Notes under the pieces: model-generated
What the model was told of the DNA's origin: nothing
Databases searched by the model: none
The model's input: the letters and a program-made list of their open reading frames with translations, nothing else
Made by a program: the position numbers and the translations under genes
Part shown: positions 54,687 to 64,000 of the stretch, one piece after another
Layout: the number at the start of each line of letters is the position of its first letter
Position numbering within the stretch: the stretch's first letter is position 1
Assembly: GCA_963833985.1 (NCBI GenBank)
Contig: CAWIAD010000002.1
Location: 1,344,001 to 1,408,000 of the forward strand
Source of the DNA: an uncultured Planctomycetaceae bacterium
GTDB lineage: Bacteria > Planctomycetota > Planctomycetia > Isosphaerales > Isosphaeraceae
DNA: 64,000 nucleotides
Reading direction: 5' to 3'

Positions 54687-55187
54687 GGCAAGACCTTCCT
54701 TCCCGAACGTGATCCTGACCGTATTTTACAAGCAATGGCCGTTACCGGCTATGCGAGCCGCGCGTGTCTCTGGTCGGTAGCCGCGAGGCATACCCTGTCC
54801 AGGCAACTCACCCTCCTGCTGTCCCCGTTTTTCGGCGGCGGGCTCTGGGATAATTACGTTCAATGGTCATGTCCAACCTGGTCCCTGACCAGCGAGACCA
54901 CAATGACATGCAGCGACGTTCACCAGCAGCACGGCCCGGACCCGCTCGATGCCGCGAGACGGGCACCGCCGGGCGCTCCCACGACGAGAGCCGGCGCGAC
55001 GAACAAAGGGCTTCCGTTGCCGGATTCATCGCAGCCCTCCCTTTGGATTGAGCGGTCGTCCGGTCCCGCACGCCACGCCGGGCGGCTCTTCTCCAGCCAG
55101 GCCGGGTACCCCGTAGAATAGACCGGAGGCCATCATGCCGGAAGCGGTAAGCGAACCGCGCCGGATTGGATCGGGAGGAACGCAGTC

Positions 55188-55958
55188 ATGAAGACGAAGG
55201 CCGAGATCGTGAAGGATTGGCTGCCCCGGTACACGGGGCGCCCGCTCGATGGGTTCGGTAAGTACATCTTGCTGAGTAACTTCGTCAACTACGTTGATAT
55301 GTTCGCCCAGCGGTTCGGGGTCGAGGTGCTGGGTAAGGACCATCCCATGCAGTCGGCGACTGCCGAGAACCTGACCATCCTCAACTTCGGCATGGGGAGC
55401 GCCATGGCCGCGACCGTGATGGACCTGCTGGCCGCCGTGGAGCCGAAGGCCGTCCTCTTCCTGGGCAAGTGTGGGGGCCTCAAGAAGACGAAGCTCGGCG
55501 ACTTCATCCTGCCCATCGCCGCGATTCGAGGCGAGGGGACGAGCAACGATTACATGCCTCCGGAGATCCCGGCGCTGCCGTCGTTCCGGTTGCAGAAGGC
55601 CGTCTCGGCGATGATTGTGCGGCACGGCTGTGAATACTGGACCGGGACCGTCTACACGACCAACAGGCGGGTCTGGGAGCACGATGAGAAGTTCAAGCTC
55701 TATCTGAAGCAGATGCGGGCTTCGGGAATCGACATGGAGACCGCCACGATCTTCATCGTGGGCTTCGTCAATCACATACCGAAAGGTGCGCTGCTGCTGG
55801 TATCGGATAGTCCGATGAGTCCCGAGGGAGTCAAGACGACCAGAAGTGATCGTGCCGTGACAGATCAATATGTGAAGCAGCATCTGGAGATAGGCATCGA
55901 CTCGTTGATCGAGCTGAGAGACTCGGGAGAGTCGGTCATGCATTTGCGATTTGAATGA
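55188..55958 (+). CDS. amn: AMP nucleosidase (short form, PNP/UDP family)
   Basis: MKTKAEIVKDWLPRYTG, NFGMGSAMAATVMDLL, FLGKCGGL, AAIRGEGTSNDY, YTTNRRVWEHD and IDMETAT motifs. Confidence 0.93.
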   Translation: MKTKAEIVKDWLPRYTGRPLDGFGKYILLSNFVNYVDMFAQRFGVEVLGKDHPMQSATAENLTILNFGMGSAMAATVMDLLAAVEPKAVLFLGKCGGLKKTKLGDFILPIAAIRGEGTSNDYMPPEIPALPSFRLQKAVSAMIVRHGCEYWTGTVYTTNRRVWEHDEKFKLYLKQMRASGIDMETATIFIVGFVNHIPKGALLLVSDSPMSPEGVKTTRSDRAVTDQYVKQHLEIGIDSLIELRDSGESVMHLRFE

Positions 55959-56150
55959 CGTTCGAACGGGACGGCGAAATAGACCAGCCGGCCCCCTTTC
56001 CCCCATAAGCAGGTCTGGTTCTTTTAAAGTGACCTGAACTCCGCTCCGATCCCCTCCGGATGTTCGGCGACACAGGACAGGAATGGCCCAGAAACCAGGA
56101 TGTGATAGAATATCAGAAGGTTTCAGGCAAGATTTGAACGAGGACGGACC

Positions 56151-56410
56151 GTGAACATCAGCTTTGAGATACCCCACGACATCGAAGAGCAGATTCGCGC
56201 CGAGGGGACGGACCTCAACCGAAAGGCGAGGGAAGCCTTCCTGCTCGAACTGTACCGCGAGGAGCGTATCTCCCATGCTCAGCTCCGGTGGCGTTGGGCT
56301 TGAGCTTCCATGCAACGGAGGTGCTCATCAAGCAACGAGGGGTCGGGCAGGACATCGAACTCGATGAGTTCGAGTCAGGGCGCGAGTTTCTGAGGAAGGC
56401 CAGGCCCTGA
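56151..56410 (+). CDS. UPF0175-type antitoxin (apparent frameshift at about 56290)
   Basis: GAGGA RBS and GTG; ISFEIPHDIEEQI...AREAFLLELYREERISHAQL|ALGLS...LIKQRGV; the stop overlaps the toxin start. Confidence 0.7.
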
Positions 56411-56694
56411 TGACGGTCGTCTGCGACATGGGGCCTCTGCACTACCTGATCCTCATCGAGGCCGAGCACATCCTGTCCCAGCTTTTCGACCGCGTGCATA
56501 TTCCCCAGGCCGTGCATGCCGAACTGAGCCATCCCCATACCCCCGAGCCGGTCCGACGCTGGGCCGTCGCTCTTCCTTCCTGGGTCGAGGTGAAGGAGCC
56601 TACCAAGATCGAGGACATTCCATTGCTCGGCAGAAGGGGCTTGAAAGGAGCAGGCGAGCCTCGCCGAGCGTCGTTCCAGCTCATTCAGGAATGA
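56410..56694 (+). pseudogene. DUF3368/PIN-like toxin, 3'-truncated
   Basis: MTVVCDMGPLHYLILIE..ILSQLFDRVHIPQAVHAEL...GAGE, after which similarity ends as it meets a convergent gene. Confidence 0.7.
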
Positions 56695-57023
56695 AGCTCG
56701 CCGCTCCAGTAACGGAACTCGATCGTCTCGTCCCCGCGCTGGTACCGTAGCTCAGAGGCCGGAACTTCGGTGACCCACACGTCTTTTGCCACCCCATTGG
56801 TCCGGCTGACCGCGATGATCGCCCGGTCGTTGAGTACGTCGTCGATGAATCGCCGTATCGCTTCCGGCTCGCCCGGGCCTGAAGACGAGGCCAGGATATC
56901 TGCGTGAGTATGCCACGGAAAGCTCGCAAAACCAATGGCCGTATCGCCATCGGCCGCGCGGCAGACGACGAGTTTCAGCAAGCCGTCGTTGCTCGTGTGC
57001 GCCTCGATGATACTCAACGGCAC
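56685..57023 (-). CDS. Hypothetical protein
   Basis: Compact domain IIEAHTSNDGLLKLVV..TAIGFASFPWHTHADIL..ETIEFRYWSG; the start is uncertain. Confidence 0.55.
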   Translation of the reverse strand: MPLSIIEAHTSNDGLLKLVVCRAADGDTAIGFASFPWHTHADILASSSGPGEPEAIRRFIDDVLNDRAIIAVSRTNGVAKDVWVTEVPASELRYQRGDETIEFRYWSGELHS

Positions 57024-57383
57024 CGACTCCCGGAGGTCTCCCGAGACCGCCTCGCCTCGCCACGCAGGAAGGAAAGAGGTCAAGGGGCTTGCTGCTGGGA
57101 CGGCAGAGCCAGCCATTCGGGCTGCTGGCTCAACCACGCTCGATACGGCTTTCCCCGGATAAATCCGCCCCATGCGAGCCCAGCGAGCAGGATTGCCAGG
57201 ACCACGGCGACAAGCCGAAGCTGCCGGGTTGGGGAGCCTGACCCGGCCAGGGCGACGACGGCAGCTGTGTGTGCCCCACTTGGCGGACGCCGGCGCAACG
57301 AGGGGCCAGGGGGTTGCATCGGATAAGCGAAGCGTGCCTTGAGTGTAAAGATTCAACTACAGTTCAGACGTTACACATTTCGA

Positions 57384-59490
57384 TCAGTGTTCTGAGGGTC
57401 GCTCAAGGCTAAAACGGTGAGTCGTTTGTCCAGTTCGGCTCTCTGCCTTGCGATGAAGATGCAGCGTGATTGGTGGTGGGCTGGCGTCATCGTGAAACCG
57501 ATGGTCTTCCGTCAATTCCGTCAATGCTATGCGTACTGTCGCATACCCCACTGCCTCGACATCCACCTGCCAGCAGCAATATAAGACACATCGTGACTTT
57601 CTGAAGAGCGTTGAGTTAGAGCAGCAATTGAACCCGAGGCTGATGGTCGTCTGACCATCCAGACCGGTGGTCGGAGCACGGTATTCGGCGCGATTGAATT
57701 CCGTAAACTTCACCTGGGCTGCTGAGATCGGACGCCCGGAGTCCGCATCGAGGACCGTGAACCTGAGCGGTACATCGGCTTGTCTTGCTTCAGCCGGAAA
57801 TGGAGAGGCGTACCACCCGAGTTATACTACAACTCGGCAGGAGTCTCACCATGCGAAAGCCCCGCAAGAACTATACGCCTGTCGAGAAGGTCGCCATCCT
57901 CCGGCGCCACCTCATCGATCGCGTCGCCGTTTCCGATCTCTGCGACGAGCACCAGCTGTCGCCCACGTTGTTCTACCTCTGGCAGAAGCAGTTCTTCGAG
58001 GGGGGCACGGCGGCCTTCCAGCGCAAGAACGGACCCTCTGAGAGCCAGCACCTTCGCACCATCGCAGCCCTCCGCGACAAGCTCCAGCGCAAGAATGAAG
58101 TCGTCGCCGAGCTCATGGAGGAACACATCCAGCTAAAAAAAGAGCTTGGGGAGCTTTGACCAAGGCATGGGTTCCCCACGATACCCGCGACGGCATCGTT
58201 GACTTCGTCAGGCGCTGGTCGCAGCGAACCGAGATCCCCGTCGCCAGGTTCATCACCTGGCTGGGGATCGCAGCCAGCAAGTTCCAGAACTGGAAGACTG
58301 GCTATGGACTGGCCAACGAGCACAATGCCTTGGTTCCACGCGACTGGTGGCTGGAGCCGTGGGAAAAGCGAGCCATCATCGAGTTCCACAAGGACCATCC
58401 CGTCGACGGCTACCGGCGACTGGCGTTCATGATGCTCGACGGCGATGTCGTCGCGGTCAGCCCTTCCAGCGTCTATCGCGTGCTCCGTGATGCGGGGTTG
58501 GTAAAGCATCATAACAGCAAACCTTCACTCAAAGGCAAAGGCTTCCAGCAGCCACTTTTGCCCCACGAGCACTGGCACGTGGACATGTCGCACATCAACG
58601 TCGCCGGCACGTTCTACTCGCTTTGCAGCCTGCTCGACGGCTGCAGCCGGTTCATCGTCCACTGGGAGCTCCGCGCGAGCATGACCGAGGCTGAAGTCGA
58701 GACGATCATCCAGCGCGGCACGCGAGCGATACCCTGACGCCCGCCCGCGGATCATCTCTGACAACGGGCCCCAGTTCATCGCCAGGGATTTCAAGGAGTT
58801 CATTCGGATTTGCGGTATGACACATGTGAGAACATCGCCATATTATCCGCAAAGCAACGGCAAGATCGAGCGCTGGCACCGCTCGCTGAAATCCGAGTGC
58901 ATCCGGCCCGGCGTGCCGCTGTCGCTGGAGGATGCCCGTCGTCTCGTGGAACGTTATGTTAATCACTACAATCAAGTGCGTCTTCATTCTGCGATCGGTT
59001 ACATCGCCCCGGCCGACAAGCTGGCCGGCCGTGGTCCAGCGATCTTCGCCGACCGCGACCGTAAGCTGGAGACTGCCCGTGAAAGGAGGGAACAGGTGCG
59101 TGCGACGACCCGAGCGACGGGTTGATCACAGGGAGGCGATTGTCTCGTTCAGCTCGGTGCGGCTACGATGAGAGATGGCCTGGGCGGAAGGTAAGGCAAC
59201 GTGGCGACACGACCTGAGCGCCGACCCAGGGACCAAGACCGAAGGGGGCGGCACGATGCCGCCCTGTCTTCTCCTTCGGGATTGGTACGAAAGCGGTAAA
59301 TCGGTCCATCTGTGTGAATGTTCACTCTACCTTATCTTTCGGCCCCGGTTTCTCCATTTCACGCTGAACCATTACAGGCTCTTTCGAACGACTGATTGAT
59401 CGCAGGTGAAGCCAAAAAGACGAGGAGAGCCGTCGCACCACCCATCGCCAACAGCACCGCAGTCCCTTTGAAGATTCGATGCAATGGCAT
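57384..59490 (-). pseudogene. Exported hypothetical protein gene interrupted by IS3
   Basis: Removing 57781..59376 plus one GGCT yields MPLHRIFKGTAVLLAMGGATALLVFLASPAINQSFERA|DVPLRFTVLDADSGRPISAAQVKFTEF..., in frame with ORF 57384..57713. Confidence 0.75.
57781..59376 (+). mobile_element. IS3-family insertion sequence (orfA 57851..58159, orfB 58156..59125 with apparent frameshift at about 58717)
   Basis: IRs TGTCTTGCTTCAGCCGGAAATGGAGA / TGTAATGGTTCAGCGTGAAATGGAGA; 4-bp DR GGCT; orfB WHVDMSHI, ISDNGPQF, PQSNGKIERW and YNQVRLHSAIGYIAP motifs. Confidence 0.93.
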
Positions 59491-59591
59491 GTTCCACCTG
59501 GCGGTCCAAGGACGCTCACTTAACCCCGATCTGTCAACACCGTTTATAGTTCCGGCGATACACAGTATCTCGGATTCCCAGGTATGCCGAC

Positions 59592-60038
59592 CTAATCTCG
59601 AAGTCCTTCGAGCAAGTCAAATCCTTCAAGCAAGATGTCGATGTCACTGGCCAATACTTGCTCCCAGGCGTAAGAAACTCGATGCACCAATTCCTCCAGC
59701 TGGTCTCGGAACGCTTGGGTGAACGTCGCTCCGCGTGACCAGCGACGATGATATTCCAGGCCTTCATCAATGATACAAGCAACCGGGTAGGCGACTTCCG
59801 CGATAGCCGTCGAGTCTTCCCTCGGGCCTCTCCGCTCCGAGGGCACGGGGCCGTTGAGCCGACCGTTGACGGCCTCCAGGCAATCGAGGATGTCGCCGCA
59901 CAGCGGCTGAACGTCGGGGGCCACCCGGTTTCGTTCCGCGTCCCACAATACCCATCCGAAGCTCTCCGTCTCCGGGAGTTGTCCCCCGGGGAGGTTTGCG
60001 TGGTTACAAAGGCGAGCGATCGCTTCCTCAAAAGTCAT
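59592..60038 (-). CDS. Hypothetical protein (acidic, 148 aa)
   Basis: GGGAG RBS; closed ORF in a run of co-oriented orphan genes. Confidence 0.55.
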   Translation of the reverse strand: MTFEEAIARLCNHANLPGGQLPETESFGWVLWDAERNRVAPDVQPLCGDILDCLEAVNGRLNGPVPSERRGPREDSTAIAEVAYPVACIIDEGLEYHRRWSRGATFTQAFRDQLEELVHRVSYAWEQVLASDIDILLEGFDLLEGLRD

Positions 60039-60070
60039 TCACGTGGCTCCCGGCGGTCAGTCATAACCCC

Positions 60071-60379
60071 TTACTCATTGCTTTTATGGAAGAGGCGCAT
60101 AGCCATCCGTATATCGCCCAGAGCATCCTCCGCGTGGGTAAGCTCGTGAAGCGCCTCACCGAACTTCTCCCATCCGCCGAGCCTGAGCAGCTCCTCGCGG
60201 ACGTATGACAACGCCCTCTCGGCGTCGCTGATGCTGCTCTCGGCGTTTACTCGCCACCATGAAGTGAAGTGGTCTGCGATCCAGGCTGCTGGCTCGGTGC
60301 CCTCTGGCAATCGGCCCATGGGCGACAGGGCCTGCTCGATCCAGTTCACCAGGGCTTCCCTCACCTCATCGCTCGCCAT
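60071..60379 (-). CDS. Hypothetical protein (102 aa)
   Basis: Closed ORF with plausible codon usage, co-oriented with its neighbours. Confidence 0.55.
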   Translation of the reverse strand: MASDEVREALVNWIEQALSPMGRLPEGTEPAAWIADHFTSWWRVNAESSISDAERALSYVREELLRLGGWEKFGEALHELTHAEDALGDIRMAMRLFHKSNE

Positions 60380-60679
60380 TTCGATTCATCCTGGAAGATG
60401 AAGGGTCTCGCTCTACTCGAACCGTACAGATAATGCATGGTTGCGTTTAGTGGAGCTGCTGCGTCGAACTATATACCACCCGATGCGGCAGCAGCCAACG
60501 CGACGCATGCTTCTCCTGGCAGGAATGGCCATGCTGGAACGGTAGGTTTAAGGAAGAGGTAACAGCCTGAAAATGCGTGCCAGCATTCTGACTGATAGCG
60601 GCGGGCGCATCTCCTGGCGGGAGGCCCGGAGTCGATCGTTATAAGCTTGCATGTTCTCCCCTGTCTCGACCCATTCCAG

Positions 60680-62923
60680 CCTACTTTCCGCACATCTCCC
60701 TTTGATTTCCCCGAATTCGACCTGAGGCCATCTTCTCAGACGCGGCCCCAGGGTCGGTAAACATCTACAAGTCGATCGGCACGGGGACCTTGTTCGGTTC
60801 AGATGGTTCGCCAACCGGACCGTTCCTGAACTCGAGCCATTCTTCGCCTTGTCTTATGACTTGGCAATGTCCAGCCGCGCGCCGCGATTCTCGCCGCGAC
60901 GACTTGTGACACGGGCTATGAGCGTAAGTTGAGCGGCTCACAACTTATGTCAAGGCACATTGTCATAAGGGAATCGCAAGATTTTTTGTCCTTGACGTCC
61001 CGATCTCCTCCGCCATCATTGCGGCAAGCCCTGCGGCGGTCGGCCTGCTCCCCTCACGGCCCTGGAAGGCCCGGCGGCGGACACCGGCCAACTCGCTGCA
61101 AACCCTCCGGAGATGATCCGCATGAACGAACCTCAACGACCGCGCCAACCCGGCGAGACGGCACGCTCGAAGGGACGCAAGCGCACGCTCAACACGCGGC
61201 GGATTGCCGCCGTGCCCATCCTGGAACACTTCCTGAGTCGGCTCCGCCTTCGCGAGTTTCTCTGCGACCACCTGCCCCATGAGGACGGCCGCACTCGGGT
61301 CCCCACGGCCACGGCCTTGCTCGTCCTGCTGCGCAACCTGCTGATCTCGCGTGAGCCACTCTATGGTGTCGGTGAGTGGGTGGCCCGCCATGAGCCGAAA
61401 CTGTTCGGGTTGTCCGATGTCCAAGTCGCCGCAATGAACGACGATCGAGTTGGCCGGGCCCTCGACCGTCTCTTCGACGCCAATCTCTCGGGGTTGGCCC
61501 TGAAGGTCGCGGCCCATGCCGTACGCGAATTCGACGTCAGCCTCGACCAGTTACACAACGACTCGACCACCATCACTTTCCACGGTGACTACGAGTCGGC
61601 GGAGGCGGAGCGAACCCTGCGGGGACAATTGCGGTTGGCGGTGACCTGGGGTCATAACAAAGACCACCGCCCCGACCTCAAGCAGCTACTCTACATCCTC
61701 ACCGTGACCGGCGACGGTGCCGTCCCGGTGCACTTTCGCGTCGAGAGCGGCAACGCCACCGACGACCGCTCTCACCAGGAGACCTGGGAGTTGCTCTGTC
61801 AACTGACCGGACGCCGAGACTTTCTCTACATCGCCGACTGCAAGCTGGCCACCACCGAGAACATGGCCTATCTGCATCAGCGCGGCGGTCGGTTCCTCAG
61901 CGTGCTGCCGCGAACTCGCAGTGAGGACGGTGCCTTCCGCGGCGCCGTACTCCGGGGAGAGATCCAGTGGCGATGGACCCACGACAAGTACGACGACAAG
62001 GGACAGTTGACCGACCGCTTCTCGATCTGCAAACCTGCGAGCCAGACCACCGAGGGTTACCGGCTGATCTGGTATCACAGCACACGCAAGGCCGAGTTGG
62101 ATGCGGAGGTACGGCTGACCCGGCTGGAGAAGGCGTTGAAACGACTGGACGAACTGCGTGCCAAGCTCGCCTCGTCCCGAACCCGGTACCGCAGTCGAGC
62201 CAAGGTCGCCGAGGCGGTCGAGGAGCTGCTCCGAGACTGTGAGGTCACCGAGTGGATCTCGGTCGAGATCGAGGAGCAGGTCACCGAAAAGTTCCGCCAG
62301 GAGCGACGCGGCCGGCCTGGACAGGACACGCGGTACGTCCGAGAGGAGAAGCTCCGTTACTCGTTGAAGCATCGGATTGAGTTGGAGCGACTGGATGAGG
62401 AGGCCCGCTGTGATGGCATTTTCCCGCTGGTGAGCAACGAATCGAAGATGACGGAGCAGGATCTGCTCTTGGCCTACAAACAGCAACCGGCCATCGAACG
62501 ACGGTTCGAGCACCTGAAGACTGACTTCGTGGTAGCGCCTATGTACCTGAAGGAGGTAAGTCGGATTCAGGCCTTGCTCTGCGTGTACTTCTTCGTGTTG
62601 CTGGTCGAGGCGCTGTTGGAGCGAGAACTCCGCCGCGCGATGGAACGAGCGGGAATCGAGAGTCTGCCACTGTATTCCGAAGGTCGGGCCTGCCGACGCC
62701 CGACGGCTCGAAAAGTGATCGACCTGTACGAGGACGTTCAAGAGCATTCCCTGAAGGCTGGGAAACGCCCTCTTGAGGTCTTCAGCACAGAGTTAACTCG
62801 GCTCCAGAAGAGGATCCTGCGCCTGCTGGGGATACCCAAAGCCTACGAGATTTGAACCTGACAGGCCGAAAGACGGCACACGGAAATTAGGAGATAGTCA
62901 AGGCGAGATGTGCGGAAAGTAGG
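60680..62923 (+). mobile_element. IS1634-family insertion sequence
   Basis: Perfect 19-bp IR CCTACTTTCCGCACATCTC / GAGATGTGCGGAAAGTAGG; 6-bp DR TTCCAG (60674-60679 and 62924-62929). Confidence 0.95.
61113..62855 (+). CDS. IS1634-family transposase
   Basis: NDDRVGRALDRL, LHNDSTTITFHG, GHNKDHRPDLKQ, YIADCKL and YKQQPAIERRFEHLK motifs. Confidence 0.93.
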   Translation: MIRMNEPQRPRQPGETARSKGRKRTLNTRRIAAVPILEHFLSRLRLREFLCDHLPHEDGRTRVPTATALLVLLRNLLISREPLYGVGEWVARHEPKLFGLSDVQVAAMNDDRVGRALDRLFDANLSGLALKVAAHAVREFDVSLDQLHNDSTTITFHGDYESAEAERTLRGQLRLAVTWGHNKDHRPDLKQLLYILTVTGDGAVPVHFRVESGNATDDRSHQETWELLCQLTGRRDFLYIADCKLATTENMAYLHQRGGRFLSVLPRTRSEDGAFRGAVLRGEIQWRWTHDKYDDKGQLTDRFSICKPASQTTEGYRLIWYHSTRKAELDAEVRLTRLEKALKRLDELRAKLASSRTRYRSRAKVAEAVEELLRDCEVTEWISVEIEEQVTEKFRQERRGRPGQDTRYVREEKLRYSLKHRIELERLDEEARCDGIFPLVSNESKMTEQDLLLAYKQQPAIERRFEHLKTDFVVAPMYLKEVSRIQALLCVYFFVLLVEALLERELRRAMERAGIESLPLYSEGRACRRPTARKVIDLYEDVQEHSLKAGKRPLEVFSTELTRLQKRILRLLGIPKAYEI

Positions 62924-63340
62924 TTCCAGCTCCCGGCACCTTACATGCTTCCGGCAGCCGACGCAGTAGGATCGATCTACCATGTATGTGTGCGGATTCT
63001 TGAGATACGTCCGGATGATCTCCTCCGGCATGACGGTACGTTGGCCGCAACGCCAATGGCGGTAAACGCGCGGCACGCCTTCCAGCGAACCTTGATATCG
63101 GTCGTCGGGAGGCAAAGTGACATACTCGCTGAGCCGGCCGTCGGGGCGAAGCCGGGTGTGCTCAAGCCGATGTGCCTCATCCTGTTCCGGATCGACCCAT
63201 TCATGACAGTAGCGGCAACGTGACCAGGGCCTATCGACCCCGAGGTCACGAATGAGCCATTTCTCCTTGCTGACCACCTCAGCCTCGACGCTCAGGGCGT
63301 CGGACATCGCAGGCTGATACACGGGCCAGAGAGCGTCGGC

Positions 63341-64000
63341 TGTGCGTGAGCAGGCTAAGCGACGCGAAATCAGCGATTCCTGAGCAACATCGCTGAGGGT
63401 ACCAACAAAATTCCCCTCGAAGAGCCTGGTCACTTGATCAAGCTTCCCGAGGGGTGTACTCCGTGGTTTACCACAACAGCGGAGTACTCGACCATGTATC
63501 ATGATTTACCCCGGACCGCCAGGCTCTGGTCGTTTCTTTGGGCTGTCGACCAGCATCTCGCAGAGGAAACCCGCAAGCAAGCATGTTCATGTGGCGGCCG
63601 CCTGCACGCCGCCAACTATCTCCGCAAGCCACGCGGCACTGCCGTCCAGCTACCCGAGCAAGAATGCCTCAGACTGAGCTTCTGCTGCGATCGCGAGGGC
63701 TGCAGGAAGAGAGTCACACCGCCGTCGGTGCGCTTCCTGGGCCGCAAGGTCTACCTGGGCGCGATCGTGATCCTCATCAGCGCCATGCGGCAGGGACCCT
63801 CGCCACGCCGCGTCCGCGAGCTTTCCACACGCTTCGGCGCCGACCGCCGGACCATCGCCCGCTGGCAGGTCTTCTGGCGCGAACGCTTTCCTCAGACACC
63901 ATTCTGGAAGGTTGCAGGCGCCCGGTTGGTGCCGGTCCTGGAGATCCTCTCCCTTCCCTACTCACTTGTCGACGCCTTCCTCTCCCGCCATCGCATCTGC
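63341..64000 (+). mobile_element. Mu/Tn7-like transposon copy 2 (left end and ORF1; continues beyond the window)
   Basis: 63341..64000 reads identical to 2447..3106 by eye. The flanking 5-mer is TCGGC, different from copy 1. Confidence 0.95.

Larger units (their letters stand above)
60548..63340 (-). pseudogene. Cys/His-rich hypothetical gene interrupted by IS1634 and abutted or interrupted by the Mu-like transposon
   Basis: ...CRYCHEW..HWRCGQRT..YCVGCRKHVRCRELE|WVETGENMQAYNDRLR...LPLP* rejoins when 60680..62923 is removed. Confidence 0.75.

Noticed and set aside
54700..55187. Possible small ORF or RNA in the DUF4058-amn spacer
   Set aside because: No convincing RBS, codon bias or recognisable RNA motif.

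Overview
GC-rich bacterial window with Planctomycetota hallmarks (DUF1501/DUF1553 pair, two DUF4058 genes, an ECF sigma factor with a Ser/Thr kinase, DUF1080). It has three zones. (1) About 1-18.3 kb is an accessory island downstream of tRNA-Gly(CCC). It holds ppk2, a DUF2294/MpsC gene flanked by two copies of a conserved terminator/antiterminator RNA motif that I do not recognise, a nested IS stack (an IS630 interrupted by a 4.2-kb Mu/Tn7-like four-gene transposon carrying a RepA-type helicase and truncated by ISAs1), an ECF sigma plus kinase-NACHT-WD40 gene, a secreted nuclease-like gene and an intact IS630. (2) About 18.5-56 kb is mostly ordinary metabolism: rhamnose genes, GH32, peptidases, a sigma54-controlled radical SAM operon and AMP nucleosidase. 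It also contains two copies of a REP-like repeat element, and one copy has been invaded by a group II intron whose EBS sequences match the REP. (3) About 56-64 kb is a second accessory zone with a decayed TA pair, small orphan genes, IS3, IS1634 and a second copy of the Mu-like transposon. Many 1-2 bp frameshifts fall in homopolymers or GC dinucleotide runs and are probably long-read assembly errors. All protein family calls come from motif recognition by eye, not database searches.
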